58,438 nucleotides of DNA from a virus: IMG/VR virus record IMGVR_UViG_3300034031_000030, positions 1 through 58,438 of that record; one strand, 5' to 3'. Both the position numbers and the translations under genes were made by a program. The notes beneath the pieces are model-generated. The model was not told the origin of the DNA. It was given only the letters and a program-made list of their open reading frames with translations, and did not search any database. Of the stretch, positions 31,561 through 37,729 are shown one piece after another. Positions within the stretch are counted from its first letter, which is position 1, and each line of letters starts with the position of its first letter.

Positions 31561-34500
31561 GCGCGGAAGAGAGTACGGTCGAATTCGAGCCATCGAGACT
31601 CGACCGTACTCCATTGCCGGAACCCTCAGGCTCGCTTGCAGATGAAATAGCCGAGACAAAGCACACATACAGCTGCGCGATGCTTGTCCTCGACGATGGC
31701 TCGGCCGAGAGGGCGCGTGCATTCGCGTCTGCGCTTATCGATCCGGCTCATCTTGCCGGTGATGGGCTCGTCAAAGAATCCCACGTCACCGTGCTTTACG
31801 GGCTGGAAACGGACGTGGCTGCCGAGTTGGCCGCGCTGATCGATTCGGCGAATATCGGTCCGATAACCGTGGAGATCCTCGGGGTTTCCATCTTCGGAGA
31901 CAGCGTGCAGAACGATGGAACAACTTACGACGTTGTAAAGCTCGATGTCGCACCGTCGGGCGAATTGCTTCGCTTGCGCGAGTTGCTGAAGCAGCTTCCC
32001 TATCACGAAACATTTGGCGACTTCAAACCACACATCACGCTCGCTTACGTCAAGCCCGGCGCGGGTGCTGACTATCTGGCGAATGTTTGCTCCCTGACCG
32101 GGACCGTCCTGAGCTTTGACGCGCTCAGTTTTTCCAACCGTTATGATGAGCAAACTTCGATTGCTCTCAAGTCCGGGGACGCGCAAGCTGTTGCGCGTGC
32201 TTTAGGCCAGTGGGAGCGCAAGGCGTTGAATCGTGTTGCGCGCGGTCAAAGTCCCGTTTGCGAGTTTGACTCTGATGTGCTCGATGATGAGATGTGCTCG
32301 AACGTCCTGTCGCGTCTGGAAGGCGCCACCGGTAAGGAGAGCATTCGCGCAGCGTTCGCGGTTTGCCGCGTCCTCGATGCGAATGGCCACTCCCATGGAA
32401 AAGACGGAAAGTTCGACGGTGGCTTAGGCATTGCCGGGCTGTCGCAGGCGCCACAGCATCACGACATCACAACGGTTGACGCGGCGACGGGCGCAAAAAA
32501 AAACACGCAGCTGACGACTCACGGTGACTCGGTAACACCCGAGCAGGCGGTCGAATGGGCGGAGCACATCGGGATTCCCGATCATGCAGCCAAAGCGATC
32601 GGAGACATGGTGAAAGGCGGCCAGATCTCCGACGATCACGGTCTTGTCGATGCCATCAAGAAAGCAGCCGAACCTGGACACGCCTCGATAAACGTGGTCG
32701 GGCCTCAGCCGGGACCGGATGCAACCGCACCGGCCACACCTGATCCGGCCAGCGGCCCTGCGGCTCACTCCTTCCTGATTCACGAATGGCTTCAGCCCCA
32801 AAAAACCGGTGTCTGGATGTCGAAGAAGGGGACAGTCTCGATCCCGAGCTATGGCGATGCGGTAACACCAGAATCGGCCGAAGACTGGGCAAAGCACGTT
32901 GGCTTCCCTCCACAGACAGTGGACGCAATTAAAGATGCTGTCTCGCTTGGCCTCATCACCGACGATCACCAGCTCGCCAAGGCGTTGGGCGATATCTCCA
33001 AAGTCGTCCACGTCGGCGGACTGACTCACAAAACTGCAGCGAAAGAAATCCTAAGCGGCCAGCCCGTTGACCAGGTTCTCGCCACCGCGCAACAGGCGAA
33101 AGAAGCACTTCAAGCAGCCACGGCCATTGGCATGGCTGGTGTTACGCCCCCGGCACCGACACCCGCTGCACCGCCCGCTCCCGTCGTTGCTACGCCTCCC
33201 ACGGCCCTACCCGTCGCTACGCCGGAAGACTGGGATGCGTTCGCACAGCATTTCGGCATTAACGGCGGACTCTCGACGAATGCCAACAATGCCATAGTCG
33301 AGAGCGCAGCTGCGGGGGAGATTGAGGCTAAACACGTTTCACCGGTTTTGAGCGTGGCCACTCAAATGGCGCTCGACGAAGGCAAGCCGTATGTCAACAC
33401 CGGCCACGTCAAGAAGTCAATCTGGATGCTGAAGAACGGGCATCTCGGCACAGATGGCGTTAACGCCAAACTTCCCGATCCGGCAGGTCCGGCGATCGTC
33501 GTTCCGTCCGGCCCTGCCGCTGCTTCGACGCTGACTTCGCCGAAGGAATGGCAGAAGCACGTCAAGTCACTTGGCTCCGGCTTTCCACCGGTTTCCTCCG
33601 CGGTTTTAGACCAGGCTATCAAGCAGGGCAAGGTCGCACCCGAGGAGATTGAAGAGGTCCTCAACCTGGCTACCGGTTACGCCCAGCAGACGGGCTGGAA
33701 AGCCGTTAAGCCGCAACACCTCACCAAAGCCATCGGAAGCGTCGCCGCCTCCAAAATTTCGGCACCACCCTCATCTGCAGTAGCGCCTGAAGACTATGTG
33801 TCTTTCGTTCAGTCCGTCAACGTCGGTATTTCGGACGTGCCGCCAAAAATCGCGGACATCATCCAGGCTCACCTCAACGACGGCACGTTGCACCCCACGC
33901 AGGTCGGGGACGTGCTGACACACATGGTTGCCCACGCGCTCGCCGATAACTCAACGCAGATCTTCCCGGACCACGCCCACAAGGCGATCGGGGAAGTCAA
34001 GAATGGCCTGTCGCCTCAAGTGGCTCTGCCCACGGCCGCGCCTGCATCCCCTGCAGTTCCGCCAGTTTTGAGTCCGGCAGTTGTGAGCCCGCCGGCTGCA
34101 CCAGCGGCAGCCGGAGCTCCGACCGCTGTAGCTCCGGCTGCTGCGCCAGGTTCGACCGTACTCGATCCTCACGCCGTCGCCGCTGGAACGCCCGCACTCA
34201 AAACTGTGGGAAAGCTTGACGATGCGCACTTCCAGAGCATTCCCGACAAGACGCTTTCCGAACCCGCTTTACCGCCGCTCAAACCGGGCCAAAAGCGCGC
34301 GACTGGCATCATCGTCGTCGAGCCCGACGGCAAAGTGTGGATCTACGAGCCGAAAGGTCATTACGCCGGCTACGAGCACACCTTCAGCAAAGGCGGACAT
34401 GAAGACGGCCTGACGCTGCAGCAGAACGCCCACAAAGAGCTTTACGAAGAGCTTGGGCTTACCGCGAACATTCTTTCGTGTTTGGGCGATTTCGAGACGA

Positions 34501-36686
34501 GCGGCACCAACACGCGTTATTACATCGGAGTACGGTCGGGCGGAGATCCCAAAGATGCTGAGAAGGGACTGACCCAGAAGTCGCAAGAAACCGAGAAGGT
34601 AAAGCTCGTTTCGTTCGATGAGGCCGGGAAGCTGCTCAACAGTCCGCGCGATCAAAAAGTGCTCGCCGCGCTCAAGGCGCATTTAGGTGAACCGGCCGTT
34701 GCAGCTGCAATCACGCCGTCTGGCCATGTCACGGTGCAGGGACATAAGCTCGATGTCGATCACTCGAAACCGGTGTCAGTCACCGACGTGGACGACTTCA
34801 AGGCGCAGGGCATTAAGTTCTCGACCAATGGCGAAACCTCGGTCAAGAAAGCGATCACCGACGGCACGATCAAGTCGCATGGCCACCTGGTTGAATTGAT
34901 GGCCATGACGCAGGCCGCGTCCAAGGCCCACGGTCATACCAGCGTCAACAACACGGGCTTCCAGCAGGCAGTCAAACACGCCGGCGTCGAAGCCGCGCTC
35001 GACGCAGCTCATCAAGGCGACGCCGACGCAAAAGCATTCAGCGCACATCTGGAAGCGCATTCCTATCACTCGCTTCTGGCGCAGGCCGAAGCCGCCAAGG
35101 CTGCTAAAGCGCAGGCCGACGCAGCGCGTTACCAAAACCAGATTCCCGTGTTCCACGCGGCTTCTCCAGCGGAACATAAGCACAAGCAGATTCCGCTTGG
35201 AAAAGCGGTCAAGAAGGGCTACAACGACGGCGCGCTGTACGAAATGCCCGACGGCCAGCAGAACTACATCAAGACGCCGAAGAAGCCAGAGGTCGCACAT
35301 AACGAGCATCTCGCCAACGCGATTTATAAAGCGCTTGGCATCTCGGCGCCCGAGTCGAAGGTGTTCACCGATGGCGGCAAAACGCAGTACGCCTCGAAGC
35401 TCATCCCGAACCGGGGCGAGTTAGGCGACCACGGCATCGATGCCCATATCGCGCAGGACATCCTCAAGGGCTTTGCTGCCGACGTGCTGCTCGGGAACCA
35501 CGATGTTTTAGGAAACGGCGACCGCCCGCTCTCCAACGTCGTTGTGGGGCATGGCGCCAACGGAAAGACGACCGCGCACCGCATCGATAACGGCGGCGCG
35601 ATTCTCTTCACCGGAACCGGCAGCAAGAAGCCCGAGTCCGTCAAGAAGAGCCTGACCGAGTGGACGAAGTTTCCCACGTCGAACCCCAACTACGCGAAGG
35701 TGTTTGCTGCGGCCGGTCATACCCGTTCCGAGCAGGTGCCAGGCATCGGTTTGCAAATCAAAGCGGTTGTCTCGCTACGCGATTCGCATGGCGGCTGGGA
35801 CAAATTCATCGAGCAGGCCGCGCCTGGGATGCCGGCAGCGCAGAGAGCGCAGACGGCGGAGATTCTCGAAACCCGCACGAAGCTGCTCGAAGACAAACTC
35901 AAGTCTCTGCCGGGCGCGAACTCGCTCGTTGGCCAGCGCAATTTCGTTTACGCGCCGAACTCGAAGCAGGAACACGCAATCATCGCCAAGCAGAAGGGCT
36001 TGCAACTCACGAAAGACGAGCGCGATGCCGTAAGAACGCACAAAAGCTCGCCGGTTTATAATAGTGGTTTGCTGGGCAATGCCGCTTTGAGCGCAAGCAG
36101 CCAGCAGAAAGCACAGCACCTCGATTCGGCGATAAAAAAGGCGGGCGCAATCGGCGTGGATTCGGTTCTCTCTCGCAACCTCACACTGGCACCTCACGAA
36201 GTGGCCGCGTTCAAGCTAATGCAAAAAGGTGACATTATCGCGGCGACGCCGACACACAACAGCACCTCCGACACCAGCGGCACGTTCGCTGGACGAAACG
36301 TGCAGTACTGCATTCTGGCTCCTGCTGAAACACCAGGCATCGCGGCGCGGCCAATCACCGGTCTGCACGCGGGAGAAACGGAAATCATTCTGCCTCGCGG
36401 CTTGAGCTATCGCGTCGTCGCGGTAACGGAACCAGGCCATCCCGACGCACCGGAAACGCCGCAGGGCTGGACTTGGAACAGTTCGGCGCAAGTCCGATTG
36501 ATCTTGGAACCGATCATCCCCGGCGTCAACGATTATGAGGGACATGGAAAGGCGCACTATACCAGCGAGCAGTCCATCAAAGATAAGGTGACTCAGGGAG
36601 GTGTCAAGATTGCGAACGCGCTGCAGCCGCCGAACCTGAGCAACCTACCGGATCATATCCACAATCACCTTTATCACTCACCGTAA
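29976..36686 (+). CDS. Giant portal-fusion polyvalent protein (portal-like N-terminus, then 2H phosphoesterase, repeats, Nudix, kinase-like and ADP-ribosyltransferase regions)
   Basis: An uninterrupted 2236-codon ORF with a GAGG RBS. It is the only portal candidate between terL and the protease/MCP. Domain motifs are listed in the sub-features. Confidence 0.9.
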   Translation: MAIKKFWNWNKDKQNAIVSTVDPAPIADSIAVEPPVETALATVGVSPEQSAEVKRLFADLTAEIQRAEESGRDAHQLRQAFAYLTNDPLRFQTPHDPRFRPYTPLSVDALRIIARSVDVSADCIAYIKREVTKVPLAVVPRDSADTSKATLKAKEEAEEWMSESGGLGGYGIERSVFEGQIIDDLLIVGAAAILYEFETVGEMHDNSPSQVRAIDGGTIRPLVTAQGFPIGYDGEAFEQWIQGVPCARFTRDELAYISLPSFSRTDSVYPMSPTENAALQLYTLMKIDEWNRTWLTDGSGYRRWMKLNPDVTPEQASAWIDIINLQTQGIAAERQKMGVLPGEMTGEESRKDQDFEGFEHTRINRICKSYGVNPASVGQHSQQYKDSQDAAMDSSREGPVAEILTLRELLYNALLKRKGWGCLKVTEDIPAPNETPTEKAARLKTLIESGQITVNGALSEYDLDPVDGGDQILVSSTVIPLSRLLAAPAPGETPPGDEPTGDDDKGGGPDDDKPGGGTPTPKGGKEVSRAEESTVEFEPSRLDRTPLPEPSGSLADEIAETKHTYSCAMLVLDDGSAERARAFASALIDPAHLAGDGLVKESHVTVLYGLETDVAAELAALIDSANIGPITVEILGVSIFGDSVQNDGTTYDVVKLDVAPSGELLRLRELLKQLPYHETFGDFKPHITLAYVKPGAGADYLANVCSLTGTVLSFDALSFSNRYDEQTSIALKSGDAQAVARALGQWERKALNRVARGQSPVCEFDSDVLDDEMCSNVLSRLEGATGKESIRAAFAVCRVLDANGHSHGKDGKFDGGLGIAGLSQAPQHHDITTVDAATGAKKNTQLTTHGDSVTPEQAVEWAEHIGIPDHAAKAIGDMVKGGQISDDHGLVDAIKKAAEPGHASINVVGPQPGPDATAPATPDPASGPAAHSFLIHEWLQPQKTGVWMSKKGTVSIPSYGDAVTPESAEDWAKHVGFPPQTVDAIKDAVSLGLITDDHQLAKALGDISKVVHVGGLTHKTAAKEILSGQPVDQVLATAQQAKEALQAATAIGMAGVTPPAPTPAAPPAPVVATPPTALPVATPEDWDAFAQHFGINGGLSTNANNAIVESAAAGEIEAKHVSPVLSVATQMALDEGKPYVNTGHVKKSIWMLKNGHLGTDGVNAKLPDPAGPAIVVPSGPAAASTLTSPKEWQKHVKSLGSGFPPVSSAVLDQAIKQGKVAPEEIEEVLNLATGYAQQTGWKAVKPQHLTKAIGSVAASKISAPPSSAVAPEDYVSFVQSVNVGISDVPPKIADIIQAHLNDGTLHPTQVGDVLTHMVAHALADNSTQIFPDHAHKAIGEVKNGLSPQVALPTAAPASPAVPPVLSPAVVSPPAAPAAAGAPTAVAPAAAPGSTVLDPHAVAAGTPALKTVGKLDDAHFQSIPDKTLSEPALPPLKPGQKRATGIIVVEPDGKVWIYEPKGHYAGYEHTFSKGGHEDGLTLQQNAHKELYEELGLTANILSCLGDFETSGTNTRYYIGVRSGGDPKDAEKGLTQKSQETEKVKLVSFDEAGKLLNSPRDQKVLAALKAHLGEPAVAAAITPSGHVTVQGHKLDVDHSKPVSVTDVDDFKAQGIKFSTNGETSVKKAITDGTIKSHGHLVELMAMTQAASKAHGHTSVNNTGFQQAVKHAGVEAALDAAHQGDADAKAFSAHLEAHSYHSLLAQAEAAKAAKAQADAARYQNQIPVFHAASPAEHKHKQIPLGKAVKKGYNDGALYEMPDGQQNYIKTPKKPEVAHNEHLANAIYKALGISAPESKVFTDGGKTQYASKLIPNRGELGDHGIDAHIAQDILKGFAADVLLGNHDVLGNGDRPLSNVVVGHGANGKTTAHRIDNGGAILFTGTGSKKPESVKKSLTEWTKFPTSNPNYAKVFAAAGHTRSEQVPGIGLQIKAVVSLRDSHGGWDKFIEQAAPGMPAAQRAQTAEILETRTKLLEDKLKSLPGANSLVGQRNFVYAPNSKQEHAIIAKQKGLQLTKDERDAVRTHKSSPVYNSGLLGNAALSASSQQKAQHLDSAIKKAGAIGVDSVLSRNLTLAPHEVAAFKLMQKGDIIAATPTHNSTSDTSGTFAGRNVQYCILAPAETPGIAARPITGLHAGETEIILPRGLSYRVVAVTEPGHPDAPETPQGWTWNSSAQVRLILEPIIPGVNDYEGHGKAHYTSEQSIKDKVTQGGVKIANALQPPNLSNLPDHIHNHLYHSP
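31571..31611. repeat. Class I palindromic element (expanded loop) in frame at the portal/extension boundary
   Basis: GAGTACGGTCGAATTCGA-gccatcgaga-CTCGACCGTACTC is translated as ESTVEFEPSRLDRT. Confidence 0.9.
31640..32110 (+). other. 2H phosphoesterase (LigT-like) domain signature
   Basis: Two H-x-T-x motifs, HVTV (31781-31792) and HITL (32031-42), about 83 residues apart. Confidence 0.65.
32531..33940 (+). repeat. Five tandem degenerate ~50-aa repeats in protein (a sixth lies at 34775-34925)
   Basis: TPEQAVEWAEHIGIPDHAAKAIGDMVKGGQISDDHGLVDAI / TPESAEDWAKHVGFPPQTVDAIKDAVSLGLITDDHQLAKAL / TPEDWDAFAQHFGINGG... / SPKEWQKHVKSLGSGFPPVSSAVLDQAIKQGKV... / APEDYVSFVQSVNVGISDVPPKIADIIQAHLNDGTL... 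Confidence 0.7.
34290..34690 (+). other. Nudix-like hydrolase domain
   Basis: GIIVVEPDGKVWIY... and a Nudix-box variant GGHEDGLTLQQNAHKELYEELGL (KELYEELGL in place of REUxEExGU; the first Glu of the box is not conserved). Confidence 0.6.
35200..35650 (+). other. Protein-kinase-like (HipA / PI3-4K-like) segment
   Basis: NYIKTPKK, EHLANAIYKALGI, LLGNHDVLGNGDRPLSNVVV and RIDNGGA resemble the Lys, alphaC, catalytic-loop and DFG-like elements. Speculative. Confidence 0.35.
36000..36480 (+). other. R-S-E type ADP-ribosyltransferase domain (C3/VIP2/Alt-like)
   Basis: LTKDERDAVRTHKSSPVYNSGL, VLSRNL (Arg), HNSTSDTS (S-T-S) and HAGETEIILPRG (E-x-E) occur in the canonical order and spacing. Confidence 0.7.
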
Positions 36687-36762
36687 GTCGAATCATCTGC
36701 AAAGAAAAGGTGGTAAAATTAGAGAAGAGAACGAGCTTGGAAACGAGCCGGGGGAGGCTTCC

Positions 36763-36960
36763 ATGACTAGCGAAGAGAACGTCAAAACGCAGAGCGACAG
36801 CGCCGAAATCCAGGCGACAACATTTGTCGTCAATGGACAGCCGATGACTCTGGCCGAACTCGCAGAAACACGGAAGAAGCAACAGCCGGAAGACGACACC
36901 GCTTCGGACGACTACGACGAGATGATTCGTCAGGAAGCTGCCGAGCGCGCTGCAGGCTAA
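36763..36960 (+). CDS. Hypothetical small acidic protein
   Basis: GGGGGAGG RBS. 65 aa. Confidence 0.5.
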   Translation: MTSEENVKTQSDSAEIQATTFVVNGQPMTLAELAETRKKQQPEDDTASDDYDEMIRQEAAERAAG

Positions 36961-36978
36961 CACCGATCAATAAATATG

Positions 36979-37003
36979 CGGCATCACAAAAAAGTGATGC
37001 CGC
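36979..37003. terminator. Hairpin GCGGCATCAC-AAAAA-GTGATGCCGC
   Basis: A 10-bp perfect stem lying 19 nt after the stop codon. Confidence 0.55.
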
Positions 37004-37012
37004 CACTAATAC

Positions 37013-37044
37013 AAAGAGTACGGTCGAAATCGACCGTACTCTTT
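37013..37044. terminator. Class I palindromic element
   Basis: AAAGAGTACGGTCGAAATCGACCGTACTCTTT followed by TT. Confidence 0.65.
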
Positions 37045-37054
37045 TTCGTAAAAG

Positions 37055-37564
37055 ATGAAAAGCACGTTGACCGTATGGCAAAGCGGTGAATACAAAGTGT
37101 GGGGATCTCGGGATGCTATTAACGCTTCTTCCGACCCGGACTTTGTGGTTAATATCGCGCTCGATGAAATAGACTGCTTGGCTCAGGCTGAGACGAATGA
37201 ACTGGATCGTTTGGTGGATGTTGTATTCGCACGATTGCCTGCAGGTCAAATCTTTTATCAGTGCCCCGATTTCGCAGAGATACTAGGAATTCGCGCAGCG
37301 ACTTTTCGGCATCATTGCCGCGCTGTGATGCCGAATAACGGGGATGATTATCGTTTTCGCCTTGACTGCGAAAAGCATATTCATGGACTCCGCCGTGTCC
37401 TACAGAAGATCATTCTCACGGGGCGCAAAACTCACCCAGAGTTTCAGCTATCGCATCGCTACAGAAGCCAGCGGCAAAAAGCATTTTCGACTCAAAACTG
37501 TGGGAGTAAATTAAAAAGCCGCCCAAATGCAAAAGCAAAGGGCGGGAATTACTGGAAATTATAA
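37055..37564 (+). CDS. Putative DNA-binding regulator, paralogue of 25224..25577
   Basis: Shared motif block (see 25224). Followed by a class II palindrome, a class I element and iteron block B. Confidence 0.5.
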   Translation: MKSTLTVWQSGEYKVWGSRDAINASSDPDFVVNIALDEIDCLAQAETNELDRLVDVVFARLPAGQIFYQCPDFAEILGIRAATFRHHCRAVMPNNGDDYRFRLDCEKHIHGLRRVLQKIILTGRKTHPEFQLSHRYRSQRQKAFSTQNCGSKLKSRPNAKAKGGNYWKL

Positions 37565-37570
37565 CCCGAG

Positions 37571-37591
37571 GATGTGAACCAGGTTCACATC
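37571..37591. repeat. Class II palindrome, perfect 21 bp (GATGTGAACCAGGTTCACATC)
   Basis: Read directly. Confidence 0.95.
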
Positions 37592-37619
37592 GGAGTACGG
37601 TCGAATTCGACCGTACTCC
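37592..37619. terminator. Class I palindromic element
   Basis: GGAGTACGGTCGAATTCGACCGTACTCC, a perfect 28 bp. Confidence 0.6.
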
Positions 37620-37635
37620 TCGCTGTATTTCGGTC

Positions 37636-37674
37636 GAATTGCCGCGCGACTGCCGCGCCGTTGCCGCGCCGTGA
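37636..37674 (+). repeat. Iteron block B: 39 bp identical to 25811-25849
   Basis: Direct comparison. It lies 56 nt upstream of the protease/scaffold start. Confidence 0.95.
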
Positions 37675-37729
37675 TGCCGCCCTGCCCTGTTGTCAATCTT
37701 GTCCTCGAAGCCTTGATGTTTCGAGAACA

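Noticed and set aside
31500-31575. Search for a slippery heptamer upstream of the in-ORF class I hairpin at 31571, which could give a short portal-only product by frameshifting.
   Set aside because: No X_XXY_YYZ motif in the correct register was found in the 70 nt upstream (CCA AAA GGC and GGC AAA GAA do not qualify). The frameshift idea is not supported by sequence.
37571-37591. The class II palindrome read as a CRP/FNR-type site (TGTGA...TCACA).
   Set aside because: The spacing is TGTGA-N7-TCACA, not the N6 of the CRP consensus. Conservation extends across the whole 19 bp including the centre CCWGG. It is therefore a distinct site.
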